The notes: generated from the sequence alone by a model not told the origin. DNA of 64,000 nucleotides from Candidatus Oxydemutatoraceae bacterium (GCA_965220085.1 CBDCOZ010000003.1:1536001-1600000), one strand, 5' to 3'; positions 1 through 10,728 are shown, counted from the first letter of the stretch. Numbers and translations: made by a program.

Positions 1-1
1 C

Positions 2-2260
2 CTCGTTAATTGGGACCCGGCGCTAAAGACGGCGGTTTCCGACCTTGAGGTCGTCGTCAAAGAAGAACAAGGGCGCCTGTGGCACATCCGCTATCCGATC
101 AGCGGCGGCGACGGATATGTCGTCGTCGCTACGACGCGGCCCGAAACGATGTTCGGCGATACCGCCGTTGCGGCACATCCCGAAGATGAGCGTTACCGCA
201 AGCTCATCGGCGGGCGGGTTGAGTTGCCGTTCAGCGGGCGGACGATTGCAATCATCGGCGACGAGCATGTCGACCCGGAGTTCGGGTCGGGTTGCGTCAA
301 AGTCACACCGGCGCACGATTTCAACGACTATCGGATCGGGATGCGCCACCGGCTTGAGTCGATCAATATCTTCAATCCGGATGCGAGCTTGAACGACGCC
401 GTTCCGCCCGACTACCGTCGGCTTGACCGCTATGTCGCGCGAGACAAACTGCTCAAGCAACTGCGAGAAACGGGATTGCTCGAGCGCGAGGAAGAACACA
501 CCCACTCGGTGCCGTATGGCGACAGGAGCAACAGCGTCATCGAACCGTTGCTGACCGACCAGTGGTTTGTCGATGCAAAAGCGCTTGCGCAACCGGCAAT
601 AGAAGCGGCAAACGACGGGCGTATCCGTTTTATCCCGCAACACTGGACGAAGACCTATCTGGAATGGATGAACAATATTCAGGACTGGTGCATCAGCAGA
701 CAGATATGGTGGGGGCACCGCATTCCGGCGTGGTACGACGAAGATGGAAATATATATGTCGGCGCGTCGGAGGCGGCGGTGCGCGAAGAAAACGGGCTCG
801 CGCCCGATGTGCCCCTGACTCAGGACGAAGATGTTTTGGATACCTGGTTTTCGTCTTCGCTGTGGCCTTTCTCTGCGCTGGGCTGGCCGCGCGACACCGA
901 CGCGCTGAAGACGTTTTATCCGACCGCCGCATTGGTCACCGGCTTTGATATTATTTTCTTTTGGGCGGCGCGGATGATTATGATGGGGCTGAAACTCACC
1001 GGCGAGGCGCCGTTCCGCGAGGTCTGTATCCACGGCTTGATTCGCGATGCCGAAGGACAGAAGATGTCCAAGTCAAAAGGCAATGTGCTGGATCCTCTGG
1101 ATTTAATCGATGGCATCGGCGCGCGAGAGTTAGTGGAAAAACACACCGCCAACCTGATGCAACCGGAGATGGCGGAGCGGATTAAGAAGCACACCCTCAA
1201 ACATTTCCCCGATGGCATACAGGACTTTGGTTGCGATGCGCTACGCTTTACTTTTATCGCGATGGCTTCGACCGGGCGCGACATACGATTTGATATCGGG
1301 CGCATTGAGGGCTATCGCAATTTCTGTAACAAACTGTGGAATGCGACCCGCTTTATCACCATGCTGTGCGGGGAGAGGCCGTCCGCCGAAACCGCTTCCT
1401 CCCTGTTACCCGACCGCTGGATACGCGCGCGTATCGCGTATGCCGCTGCGCTTGAACCGCTTGCTTTTGACCTGCTGGCAAATGAAATTTATCAATTCGT
1501 CTGGCACGATTTCTGCGATGGCTATCTGGAATATGTCAAACTGATACAGAACGGCGATGTTGCGGACAACGACAAGCAAGCCTGTCGCGCGAATATGATT
1601 GCGGTGATGGAGACTGTGTTGCGGCTATTGCACCCGATTATTCCTTATGTCAGCGAAGAGCTCTGGCAAATGCTCAAGCCATTGACCGGACAACAGGAAC
1701 AGTGGCTTCAACAGAGGCCGTGGCCGCAAACGGATGCGGCATGGGATGCGCCCGATGCGCTGGAAACAATGGAACGCATCCGGGCATATACCGATGCGAT
1801 CCGCCGACTGCGATCGGAGACGGAGATTCCTCCGAGTACTCCGGTCACCTTGTGCCTGAAACAATGGCAAGAAGATGATCGGCAACTGTTTCAACAACAC
1901 GGAGAGATGATCACAGCGCTGACACGGGTCGCCGAAATTAAATGGCTGGCGGACGATGAGGCGGAACCGGTATCAACGGCAAGGCTGGTCGGGAATGCGA
2001 AAGTGTTGATTCCGCTGGCGGCACGGCCTCAGGATTCGCCGCAAGCGAGACAGGAAGCGCGGGCGCGTTTGATTAAGGAAGTCGCCAGAATCAACGGCCT
2101 GCTGAAGAAACTCCATAGCGAACTCGGCAATGAGAACTTTATCAACAAAGCGCCCGAACGGGTGGTCGCAAAGAAGCGTGAGCAAGCGGATTCCTTTGCC
2201 AGACAACTGGGGAAATACCAAGAACAAATTGTAACATTAGAAACAGCACAAGATAGTTGA
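2..2260 (+). CDS. valS: Valine--tRNA ligase (5'-truncated by window edge)
   Basis: Frame open from base 2 (LVNWDPALKTAVSDLEV); GSGCVKVTPAHDFND, DWCISRQIWWGHRIP, KMSKS motifs; C-terminal coiled coil. Confidence 0.97.
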   Translation, partial: LVNWDPALKTAVSDLEVVVKEEQGRLWHIRYPISGGDGYVVVATTRPETMFGDTAVAAHPEDERYRKLIGGRVELPFSGRTIAIIGDEHVDPEFGSGCVKVTPAHDFNDYRIGMRHRLESINIFNPDASLNDAVPPDYRRLDRYVARDKLLKQLRETGLLEREEEHTHSVPYGDRSNSVIEPLLTDQWFVDAKALAQPAIEAANDGRIRFIPQHWTKTYLEWMNNIQDWCISRQIWWGHRIPAWYDEDGNIYVGASEAAVREENGLAPDVPLTQDEDVLDTWFSSSLWPFSALGWPRDTDALKTFYPTAALVTGFDIIFFWAARMIMMGLKLTGEAPFREVCIHGLIRDAEGQKMSKSKGNVLDPLDLIDGIGARELVEKHTANLMQPEMAERIKKHTLKHFPDGIQDFGCDALRFTFIAMASTGRDIRFDIGRIEGYRNFCNKLWNATRFITMLCGERPSAETASSLLPDRWIRARIAYAAALEPLAFDLLANEIYQFVWHDFCDGYLEYVKLIQNGDVADNDKQACRANMIAVMETVLRLLHPIIPYVSEELWQMLKPLTGQQEQWLQQRPWPQTDAAWDAPDALETMERIRAYTDAIRRLRSETEIPPSTPVTLCLKQWQEDDRQLFQQHGEMITALTRVAEIKWLADDEAEPVSTARLVGNAKVLIPLAARPQDSPQARQEARARLIKEVARINGLLKKLHSELGNENFINKAPERVVAKKREQADSFARQLGKYQEQIVTLETAQDS

Positions 2261-3204
2261 TGAACACACGTGAATTGCAGAAATGTCCCGATACTTATAT
2301 GCCTGCCGACTGCCCGGCAGTCTGCCTGCTTGAATCTTTCGGCTTGATCAAAGTCAGCGGCGAGGATGCCGGGACTTTCTTGCAGAACCTTTGCAGCAAT
2401 GATTTTGCCGCAATGCAAGACGGCGCGACATCATTGGGCGCGCTATGCAACCCCAAGGGACGCATGCTGGCGACATTCCGGGCGGTTCGTTGCGCTGATG
2501 CGTATTACCTCGCGTTGCCCCGCGAGATTGTCGACAAGACGATTCGCCGCCTGACTATGTTCGTACTGGCGGCCAAGGTCGTATTGGAAGATGTCAGCGA
2601 TGGCATGCCCGGCATCGGCGTCATCGGCGACGCAAAAGGAGCGGACATAGCCGATGTGCCGGTCATACGCCTTGACGACGGCTTGTGCCCGCGGCGGATG
2701 ATATATCCGCAAGCGATTGATTCAGTGTGGCAACAACTGGTCGCCGACGGTTACACGCCGATGGAGCCCAAGCTGTGGCGGCAATGCGATATTCGCTCCG
2801 GATTCGCACAGGCGCTGGCCGCAACCGATGCCAAGCTGGTACCGCAGATGGGCAATCTGGACTTGTTGGGCGGGGTCAGTTTTTCAAAGGGATGCTACCC
2901 CGGGCAAGAGATCGTCGCGCGGATGCACTATCTTGGCAATCTAAAAAAACGTACGTATATATTTTCCACGCCCGATAATGCCCTGGCAACGGGCGATGAG
3001 GTATCGCGCGCAGATTCTGCGACCGCCTGCGGAACGATCGTCGACTTCTGCGCGGGCGAGACGATTTCTTACGGGCTCGCAACACTCGCGATTGCCGATC
3101 ACAACGCCCCGCTGCGCGCAACGAAGACGGATGCCGCGCTGACACTAGAGCCCTGCCCTTACGAGATTCGCAGCAACAGCCACGACCCCGAAAAAGCGAC
3201 CTGA
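2257..3204 (+). CDS. ygfZ: Folate-binding Fe-S/tRNA-modification protein YgfZ
   Basis: KGCYPGQE signature; GEDAGTFLQ and CNPKGRM GcvT-like N-terminus. Confidence 0.92.
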   Translation: MMNTRELQKCPDTYMPADCPAVCLLESFGLIKVSGEDAGTFLQNLCSNDFAAMQDGATSLGALCNPKGRMLATFRAVRCADAYYLALPREIVDKTIRRLTMFVLAAKVVLEDVSDGMPGIGVIGDAKGADIADVPVIRLDDGLCPRRMIYPQAIDSVWQQLVADGYTPMEPKLWRQCDIRSGFAQALAATDAKLVPQMGNLDLLGGVSFSKGCYPGQEIVARMHYLGNLKKRTYIFSTPDNALATGDEVSRADSATACGTIVDFCAGETISYGLATLAIADHNAPLRATKTDAALTLEPCPYEIRSNSHDPEKAT

Positions 3205-3210
3205 CGGCGG

Positions 3211-3498
3211 TTATTTCGGTTTCCAGATGCCGAAAGCCTGCTCGGGATCGACCGGCGCCGGCGCGGGCTGTTGTTGCGGAGCGCGCAGATCGTCGTAGAC
3301 ATGACGGAGAAAGGCTGTCAGCTCGCCCAACAACTCCTGTCCGTCGCTATCGGACATCGGTTGCGAGGCCAGCAGATAGCCGGTGACCGCGGTCATGTAC
3401 TGGGTCGCGACCAGGCGATCCTCGCACATCGGTTCGTGTTCGCACAGGACCGCGACCACTTTGTCGGCCAGTTCTTTGGTTAGTTTAATTTCATTCAT
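3211..3498 (-). CDS. Hypothetical protein, 95 aa
   Basis: ATG start overlapping lptE stop, GAGGAAGGA upstream, natural composition, ends AFGIWKPK; function not recognised. Confidence 0.75.
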   Translation of the reverse strand: MNEIKLTKELADKVVAVLCEHEPMCEDRLVATQYMTAVTGYLLASQPMSDSDGQELLGELTAFLRHVYDDLRAPQQQPAPAPVDPEQAFGIWKPK

Positions 3499-4066
3499 GG
3501 ATTTGTTCCTTCCTCTTGTTACGAATGGTCGCCAGACGAAAAACCATTTGCTCGCTGACTTTTTGGTATAAAAATTTAATCAACTGCTTGCGTTCGTTGG
3601 CATTGCGCGGCGGGTCCAGCGAGTCGTACAAATAGGTATCCTCGACCCGGATTGTCTGAGCCGGCAACAAGTAACGACCGGAGCCGCTGTCCTCGACATG
3701 AAAGGCGATGGTCAGAATCAGCAACTTCTCTCTGGTCTTTGCATAATCGCCGATGACGAGATCTTTCTGCCGCGCCGAGTTTTTTGTAATGACAATACGG
3801 GCGGAAGCATTCTGCGGAGAGCGGATGCGCATGCCGTATGATTGCAGATGCTCTTTGATGTGCCGCCGCAACGGGCCATAGCGCTTCAGACCTTGCAACG
3901 ATACGGTCTTGAGAACGGGATCAAACTGCCGCACTTGGTCTGCGTTGTCGCCGCTCAGGCGGTAACCGCATGCCGACAACAACGATACGGCCAGCAACGC
4001 CGCCGCCGCCCGGCGCCAGTAACATCGGCTAGCGAACGACAAAATTGAGCAACCTGTCTTTGACAT
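3491..4066 (-). CDS. lptE: LPS assembly lipoprotein LptE (start uncertain: 4066 or 4042)
   Basis: Lipobox LLSACGYRL; position directly downstream of leuS. Confidence 0.85.
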   Translation of the reverse strand: MSKTGCSILSFASRCYWRRAAAALLAVSLLSACGYRLSGDNADQVRQFDPVLKTVSLQGLKRYGPLRRHIKEHLQSYGMRIRSPQNASARIVITKNSARQKDLVIGDYAKTREKLLILTIAFHVEDSGSGRYLLPAQTIRVEDTYLYDSLDPPRNANERKQLIKFLYQKVSEQMVFRLATIRNKRKEQIHE

Positions 4067-6461
4067 GAACCACCTTGACAATCTCTTTGCCGGCGATAAA
4101 AGGCCGGAGCTTTTTGTCTTCCATGGCGGCTTGTTTGACGGCATCCTCGGTCTCGCCCGCCGCGACATGGATCCTTGATCTGAGCTTGCCATTGACTTGC
4201 AAGACGAGCTCGCAGCGCTCGCTGCGGGCCAGTTCGGCATCGGCAAGCGGCCACGGGCAATGAACGATCGCTTCCTTATGCCCCAACCGATTCCACAAGC
4301 AGTGAGCGATATGCGGCACGATCGGCGCGAGCAACTTGATGATGGCTTCAAGACCTTCGCCCTTGGCATCATACCCGGCGGGTGAAATATCATCATACTT
4401 GCCTAAGGCATTGAGCAATTCCATCGCCGCTGCGATCGCGGTGTTGAAAGTTTGATTTTGATAATCGTTGTCGATTTTGATAATCGCGCGGTGTATGCGG
4501 CGACGGAGGTCGCGCAGGGTGTCGGCAACGGCGGTGAGATTGGCATCGGGCTCAAGCCGCGTGTGCGCGAGCGTCATCGTCCACAGCCGTTTGAGAAAAC
4601 GCGCCGCCCCCGCGACGCCTTCATCCGACCATTCCAGCGTCCGTTCCGGCGGCGCCGCAAACAAAACAAAGAGACGCAAGGCATCGGCGCCGTATTGATC
4701 GATCAACTCATCGGGATTGACCGTATTCCCCTTTGACTTTGACATCTTGGCGCCGTCCTTGAGCACCATCCCCTGAGTCAGCAAGCGGACGAACGGCTCC
4801 TTGCTTTTCACCATCCCCATATCGCGCATCAACTTGTGGAAAAAGCGCGCGTACAGCAAGTGCAAAACGGCGTGCTCTATGCCGCCGACATACTGGTCCA
4901 CCGGCAACCAGTAGTCGGCTTCTTGGCCTATCATCTCATCGTCGTTATCGGCACAGCAAAAGCGCGCGTAGTACCAGGCGGATTCAAAGAATGTGTCAAA
5001 GGTGTCGGTCTCTCTGAGCAGTTCGGCCCCATCGCGCATATCGCCGGTATGGCGAAACTCGGGTATCGCCGATAACGGCAGGATGCCCCGATGAATATCG
5101 GGCTGCGGAGGGAGTTCTACCGGCAACTGCCGGGCGGGCGCCGCCTCAAAATTCTCTCCGTGCCACAACACCGGTATCGGCGCGCCCCAGTAACGTTGTC
5201 TGGACACACCCCAGTCGCGCAGACGATATTGGGTCTTGATCGTCGCTTTATCGCCGAGGTCTTTTGCGATGCGCTCGAATGCGGTTGCAAAATCCATGCC
5301 ATCGTAGCGGCCCGACCGGCACAATACGCCCTTGTCGACAAAGGCTTTCTCTGTGACATCGGGAATGTCGCCGCCCTGAGGGCGAATGACACAACGAATG
5401 TCCAGATTATAGGCATTGGCAAATTCCCAGTCGCGCTGGTCGTGCGCCGGCACCGCCATGATGGCGCCGAAACCGTACTCCATCAGAACAAAGTTGGCGC
5501 ACCATATCGGCAGCCGTTCGCCGCTCAGCGGATGACGCGCAAACAAGCCCGTATCCGCGCCCTTTTTTGCTTGCGTCGCGATCTCGCCTTCGGCGGTGGA
5601 CTGGTTGGCGCGCGCTTTGACAAAATCTTTTAGCGCGGCATTATCGCGAGCCAGTCGTTCTATCAGCGGGTGTTCCGGCGCCAGCGCGAGGTAGGTCGCG
5701 CCCGGCAAGGTGTCGGGTCGGGTCGTAAAAACACGCAAGCGCTCGTCCGAGTCCGACAGTTCAAACTCGATCTCAAGACCGCGCGATTTCCCGATCCAGT
5801 TGGTCTGCATCTGCTTCGCCTGTTCCGGCCATGCATCCAACTCGGCCAAATCATCCAGCAATGCTTCGGCATAGTCGGTGATGCGCAAGAACCATTGGGG
5901 AATCTTGCGCCGCTCAATCGGCGCTCCGGAACGCCAGCCTTTGCCGTCGATGACTTGTTCGTTGGCGAGGACGGTCTTATCGACCGGATCCCAGTTGACC
6001 CATGACTCTTTGCGGTAGGCGATGCCGCGCTCCAGCAAGCAATTAAAAAACCACTGTTCCCAACGATAATATGACGGGTCGGATGTCGTCAATTCGCGCG
6101 ACCAATCATAGGCATAGCCCAGTCTCTTCAGTTGGGCCTTCATATGCTTGATGTTTTCCCGCGTCCAGTCCGAGGGGTGCGCCCGCCGCTCCAGGGCGGC
6201 GTTTTCCGCCGGCAAGCCAAAGGCGTCCCAGCCCATCGGTTGCAACACATTCTTGCCCAGCATGCGCTGGTAGCGGCTGATGGCATCCCCTATCGTATAG
6301 TTTCTGACGTGCCCCATGTGCAAGCGTCCGCTCGGATATGGGAACATCGACAGGCAATAGAACTTCTCCCGTTTGTGATCCGGCTGCGCGCGAAAACTGT
6401 CGTGCCGCTCCCAGAACAGCCGGGCTTCCCGCTCAACCTCCGCCGCCCGGTATTTATCCAT
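4029..6461 (-). CDS. leuS: Leucine--tRNA ligase
   Basis: MFPYPSGRLHMGH, GWDAFGLPAENAA, KMSKS; start placed at MDKYRAAEVE. Confidence 0.97.
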   Translation of the reverse strand: MDKYRAAEVEREARLFWERHDSFRAQPDHKREKFYCLSMFPYPSGRLHMGHVRNYTIGDAISRYQRMLGKNVLQPMGWDAFGLPAENAALERRAHPSDWTRENIKHMKAQLKRLGYAYDWSRELTTSDPSYYRWEQWFFNCLLERGIAYRKESWVNWDPVDKTVLANEQVIDGKGWRSGAPIERRKIPQWFLRITDYAEALLDDLAELDAWPEQAKQMQTNWIGKSRGLEIEFELSDSDERLRVFTTRPDTLPGATYLALAPEHPLIERLARDNAALKDFVKARANQSTAEGEIATQAKKGADTGLFARHPLSGERLPIWCANFVLMEYGFGAIMAVPAHDQRDWEFANAYNLDIRCVIRPQGGDIPDVTEKAFVDKGVLCRSGRYDGMDFATAFERIAKDLGDKATIKTQYRLRDWGVSRQRYWGAPIPVLWHGENFEAAPARQLPVELPPQPDIHRGILPLSAIPEFRHTGDMRDGAELLRETDTFDTFFESAWYYARFCCADNDDEMIGQEADYWLPVDQYVGGIEHAVLHLLYARFFHKLMRDMGMVKSKEPFVRLLTQGMVLKDGAKMSKSKGNTVNPDELIDQYGADALRLFVLFAAPPERTLEWSDEGVAGAARFLKRLWTMTLAHTRLEPDANLTAVADTLRDLRRRIHRAIIKIDNDYQNQTFNTAIAAAMELLNALGKYDDISPAGYDAKGEGLEAIIKLLAPIVPHIAHCLWNRLGHKEAIVHCPWPLADAELARSERCELVLQVNGKLRSRIHVAAGETEDAVKQAAMEDKKLRPFIAGKEIVKVVHVKDRLLNFVVR

Positions 6462-7923
6462 CCCGCTGTTTGGCGCGGCCATACACATCATCAAACCTTT
6501 CTATGTCATCTTCGCCCAAGTACTCGCCGCACTGCACTTCGATGACCCACAACGGTTCGTCGCTTTGATTCTCCAGACGGTGTTTTGTGCCGATCGGGAT
6601 ACAGACGGACTCATTGACACGCACATCAAAAGATTTCTCGTCTGTCGTCACTCTGGCAACGCCTTTGACCACCACCCAGTGTTCGGAACGCCGCCGGTGC
6701 CGTTGCAGAGACAGTTTCTGTCCCGGGTTTACCACCAGCCGCTTGACCTGAAAGTTTTCGTCCATATCAACGCCCTCGTATGACCCCCACGGGCGATACA
6801 CTTTGCGGTGAAAATCGCCCTCGCCGCGCAACTCTTGTTTCAGGTTTGCGACCAGCTGTTTCACCGCTTGGTAATCGGATCGGTCCGCCACCAACACGGC
6901 ATCCGATGTCTCGGCGATGATGTGGTTATTGATGCCGGACAAAGCGACCAGACGATAAGACGAATATACGATATTGCCCTGCGAATTATGCGCGAGCACA
7001 TCGCCGGTAACGAAGTTATCGCCGCTGTCGCGCTCAAACAACTCGGCGATCGATTCCCACGATCCGAGATCCGACCAGCCGAGATCGGCCGGCACGACGA
7101 CGACATTGGGCGCTTTTTCCATGATCGCATAATCGATGGATATGGCCGGGTTGGCGGCAAAATGATCGCCGGCAAAATGGGTGACGTTGATACCCATCAG
7201 TTGATCCCGGCGCTTGTCGGCCCAGGCGGCCGAGCACGCGCGCATGATTTCGGGCGCGTATTTCTCCAGCGCCGCGCGGTAGACGCTGCTGCGGCACATG
7301 AAGACGCCGCTGTTCCAGTAGCAGTTGCCGGCGGCGATATATTTCTCGGCTTGTCGGAGATCGGGTTTCTCGGCAAACGCGCTTACTTTATGCGCGCCGT
7401 TGTCCGATTTGTCCGCGCTCACGATGTAGCCATACCCGGTTTCGGGTCGCGTCGGTTTGATACCGAAGGTCACAAAAGCCCCTTCGCGGGCGTATGCCGC
7501 CGCTTGTTTGACCAACTCGACAAACGCCGGCTCATCGGTCATCAGGTGGTCCGACGGCAACAAGAGCAACAAGGGGTCGTCGGCCTCCTCGCAAGCGAGC
7601 AGCGCAAGGGCAAAGGCGGGAGCGGTATCTCTGGCGCACGGTTCCAGCAATACTTCGTATCGGTCGCCGTCGCTTTTGCTCAACTCTTCGGCGGTAAAAA
7701 ACCGATGGGACTCGTTGCAGACGACGATGACTTTCTTGCTCTGCAAGCGATTGACGCGCTTTAAGGTATGGGAAAACAGACTCTCGCCTTTGACTTGCAA
7801 GGCAAACTGCTTCGGATATTTGCTCCGCGACAGCGGCCACAAGCGGGTGCCGCTGCCGCCGCTGACGATCACCGGTATCACATTATCAACAGAGCTGCGC
7901 GAAGCGTTTTTGTAGTCGGTCAT
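6454..7923 (-). CDS. manC: Mannose-1-phosphate guanylyltransferase/mannose-6-phosphate isomerase
   Basis: GGSGTRLWPLSR..YPKQF, ISIDYAIMEK, GWSDLGSW; C-terminal cupin RPWG...SLQRHRRRSEHW. Confidence 0.95.
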   Translation of the reverse strand: MTDYKNASRSSVDNVIPVIVSGGSGTRLWPLSRSKYPKQFALQVKGESLFSHTLKRVNRLQSKKVIVVCNESHRFFTAEELSKSDGDRYEVLLEPCARDTAPAFALALLACEEADDPLLLLLPSDHLMTDEPAFVELVKQAAAYAREGAFVTFGIKPTRPETGYGYIVSADKSDNGAHKVSAFAEKPDLRQAEKYIAAGNCYWNSGVFMCRSSVYRAALEKYAPEIMRACSAAWADKRRDQLMGINVTHFAGDHFAANPAISIDYAIMEKAPNVVVVPADLGWSDLGSWESIAELFERDSGDNFVTGDVLAHNSQGNIVYSSYRLVALSGINNHIIAETSDAVLVADRSDYQAVKQLVANLKQELRGEGDFHRKVYRPWGSYEGVDMDENFQVKRLVVNPGQKLSLQRHRRRSEHWVVVKGVARVTTDEKSFDVRVNESVCIPIGTKHRLENQSDEPLWVIEVQCGEYLGEDDIERFDDVYGRAKQRDG

Positions 7924-9401
7924 CTTGTTTTCCCGGCTGACACAAAAAATGATAGCGCCAGCAATGATACGAAGCCGATGACGGGCCAATCGCCCCATCG
8001 GCTATATGGTGTCGCCCCTCGCCGGGGTTGTATTTCTCCCGTGAGTGTTTGCTGTTTAAACAATTCGGTACGGGAGATAACCCGCCCATCCATGTCAATC
8101 AGCGCCGATATTCCGGTGCTGGTAGCGCGCAGGAGATTACGCCCCGCCTCCGCCGCTCGTAACCTCGTTATCTGCAACAACTGATGCGGCGCATAGGAGC
8201 GACCGAACCACGAATCGTTGCTTATATTAACAAGGTAACGCGCTTCTGGCAATGCATCGCGCATAGCATGGCCGAATACGGACTCATAGCATATGGAAGC
8301 GCCGACCGCATGGTCGGCAACCTCTATCAGCGGGGCATTTTGCGAACTCTTGAGATCGGACATCGGCATATGAACAAAGCGGTCAAACAAGTTAAAAATT
8401 CCGCGCAGCGGGATATACTCCCCGAACGGCACCAAGCGACGTTTGTGATAAATATCGCCGCCGGTAACATTCATCAAACTGTTGTGGTAGCGCCCGTCAT
8501 CCGAGCGATAAAACACCCCCGCGAGCAGGTCGCTGTCGGTTTGTCGCAACGCTTTGCGCAACGTCGGAAACAGCCGCCGCTCCAGCGCGCCGACCGGCGC
8601 CGGCAACGCGGTCTCCGGCCAGATAATTAAGCGGCGCTCCGATTGTCGCAGGGTTTCGCTTTTGTACAATGCGACAATGTCTTCATAGCGCTCGCGACTG
8701 AACTTTATCTTTTGGTCGGTATTGGATTGTATCAGCGCAAAGCGAACCGGCGAGGATACCGGTTCGGTCCAATCCGCCAGCTTTGCGGCCGCGCTGCCCG
8801 CCAATAAAATAATCGCGCCGATGACGGCAAACAACCGCGCATAGATATTTCTGCAACAAAAGAAACACACGATTGTGCCGGCACAAAACACAGCGAGAAA
8901 GCTCGCGCCGTATACCCCGGTGACGGCCAGCAGCGGACTGAACGGGGAGTCGATCAGGGCTTGTCCCAGCAGATTCCAAGGCAGACCGAACGGGGTGACA
9001 CTGCGCAACCACTCGGCCAAGACCCATGCTGCCGGGCAGAGCAACAGACTGAGCCGCCAGATGCCGGAACGGCGCGCGGCAAACGCGGTGAGATATGCGA
9101 GCGCCGCGTAATACAGTCCGATGACAGCCGCCATCAGCAGTACGGCTGTGACGGAAAATATCGGCGATGCGCCGCCGTAGTCGTGCAAGCTGTAATAAAT
9201 CCAGTACACGCTGCCCAGCGAATAGACGTATCCGAACAAATAGCCGTGCCAAAATGCTCGGCGCGGAGCGGTTTGAGACCACAGGAACAAGGTCAGCGCG
9301 GGGATAAAAAATACCAACGGGTACCACGACCACGGCGCAAACGCCAGGACGGTCGTCCCCCCGGCAAGAATATTTAGGACTGGATATAGGAAAGCCCGCA
9401 C
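7920..9401 (-). CDS. lnt: Apolipoprotein N-acyltransferase
   Basis: N-terminal TM helices; WPETA, KRRLVPFGEY, ICYE catalytic motifs, SNDSWFG. Confidence 0.95.
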   Translation of the reverse strand: MRAFLYPVLNILAGGTTVLAFAPWSWYPLVFFIPALTLFLWSQTAPRRAFWHGYLFGYVYSLGSVYWIYYSLHDYGGASPIFSVTAVLLMAAVIGLYYAALAYLTAFAARRSGIWRLSLLLCPAAWVLAEWLRSVTPFGLPWNLLGQALIDSPFSPLLAVTGVYGASFLAVFCAGTIVCFFCCRNIYARLFAVIGAIILLAGSAAAKLADWTEPVSSPVRFALIQSNTDQKIKFSRERYEDIVALYKSETLRQSERRLIIWPETALPAPVGALERRLFPTLRKALRQTDSDLLAGVFYRSDDGRYHNSLMNVTGGDIYHKRRLVPFGEYIPLRGIFNLFDRFVHMPMSDLKSSQNAPLIEVADHAVGASICYESVFGHAMRDALPEARYLVNISNDSWFGRSYAPHQLLQITRLRAAEAGRNLLRATSTGISALIDMDGRVISRTELFKQQTLTGEIQPRRGATPYSRWGDWPVIGFVSLLALSFFVSAGKTR

Positions 9402-9406
9402 AAAAC

Positions 9407-10261
9407 TTACGGCCCGGGCTGTTGGCTGACTATCAGGGAATATATCCGCCTTTGATCCGCCTGAAAGACTTCAAAGGTGATATCTTTTATCGACACTTTC
9501 TCTTCGCATTTGGGCATCCTGCCGAGTCTCTCAATGACGATTCCGCCAATCGTATCCGCCGACTTGCTTTCTATCGCGGCGGAGAAGAAACGGTTGAAAT
9601 ACTCCAGCGGTGTCATGGCCTTGACAATATAGCGACCCTTGTCATCGGCATAGACATAGTGATCATCGGCCAGATCGTGCTCATCGCTGATCTCGCCGAC
9701 AATCTCTTCCAGCACATCTTCGATCGTAACGACACCGCACACGCCGCCGTATTCGTCGACGACAACCGCCATGTGATTGCGGTTTCTGCGAAACTCATCC
9801 AACAAGGCATTGAGATGCTTGCTCTCCGGTACAACCACGACTTGCCTGATATGGTTATGAATATCAAAGCTGTCTTCGCTATTGAGGTATTGCAATAAAT
9901 CTTTAGCCAGCAATACGCCGCATACATTATCAAGATTGTTATCAATGACCGGAAATCGGGAATGGCCGCTGTCGGTGATGGTTTTGACAATATCGTTGAG
10001 CTCGGCATCTTCGGAAATGGCAACGACACTCGGTCGCGGCACCATGATGTCTTTGACTCGCATATCGGATATGCGCCATGCCCCTTCGAGCATCGCGTGC
10101 GTATCGGCATGCAATAACTGTTCCTTCTGCAACCAGCGCAGGGAGTCCAGCGCGCCGTCGCGGTCGATCGGTTTTCTGGACAAAAATGCGCGAATACGCA
10201 ATGCCCAGCGCGCAAACAGCCGCTTCTTTTTGTCACGCCACTTTGCGATGGATTGCTTCAT
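9407..10261 (-). CDS. corC: CBS/CorC_HlyC domain protein CorC (YbeX)
   Basis: SGHSRFPV, VVDEYGGVCGVVTIEDVLEEIVGEI; between ybeY and lnt. Confidence 0.92.
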   Translation of the reverse strand: MKQSIAKWRDKKKRLFARWALRIRAFLSRKPIDRDGALDSLRWLQKEQLLHADTHAMLEGAWRISDMRVKDIMVPRPSVVAISEDAELNDIVKTITDSGHSRFPVIDNNLDNVCGVLLAKDLLQYLNSEDSFDIHNHIRQVVVVPESKHLNALLDEFRRNRNHMAVVVDEYGGVCGVVTIEDVLEEIVGEISDEHDLADDHYVYADDKGRYIVKAMTPLEYFNRFFSAAIESKSADTIGGIVIERLGRMPKCEEKVSIKDITFEVFQADQRRIYSLIVSQQPGP

Positions 10262-10728
10262 GGTTTTTCCGCGACGGGCAATTGATACGGATTCGGGAAA
10301 CCGAGACGCCGCATAATGCCGATCTCGCATCCTTCCATCGCGCTCGCTTGCGCTTCGTCGTCGTGGCGATAGCCTTGCAAATGAAGCACGCCGTGAATGA
10401 AAAGGTGCGCCCAGTGCTGTGGCAGAGGCTTGCCCTGCGCGACCGCTTCCGCCGCGATCAGCGCTTCCGCCAACACGATATCACCCAGATAGGCCGCCTC
10501 GGCGGTATGTTGCCGCGCGTCAAACGGGAACGACAATACATTGGTCGGCCCCGATTTTTTGCGATAGGTCTGATTGAGCCGCGCCGATTCTTCGTTGCTG
10601 CTTATGCGCACGCCCACGCGCGCGGTAATCTCCGTAATGGCTTCGCCCCAGGCGCGGAAACATTCCTCTCCCGGGCGCTCGCTTCGGGGCGCGACATCTT
10701 CGCCGTATTGTAGCAACACCTCAATCAT
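10258..10728 (-). CDS. ybeY: rRNA maturation RNase YbeY
   Basis: LNQTYR..GPTNVLSF, LGDIV, HGVLHLQGYRH metal motif. Confidence 0.93.
   Translation of the reverse strand: MIEVLLQYGEDVAPRSERPGEECFRAWGEAITEITARVGVRISSNEESARLNQTYRKKSGPTNVLSFPFDARQHTAEAAYLGDIVLAEALIAAEAVAQGKPLPQHWAHLFIHGVLHLQGYRHDDEAQASAMEGCEIGIMRRLGFPNPYQLPVAEKP

Noticed and set aside
4067-4396. N-terminal extensions in the ORF track (lptE here; also rpsK, rpmJ, rplD, nusG, secE, ogt)
   Set aside because: They overlap upstream genes or tRNAs; starts were reset to the homology-consistent codons.
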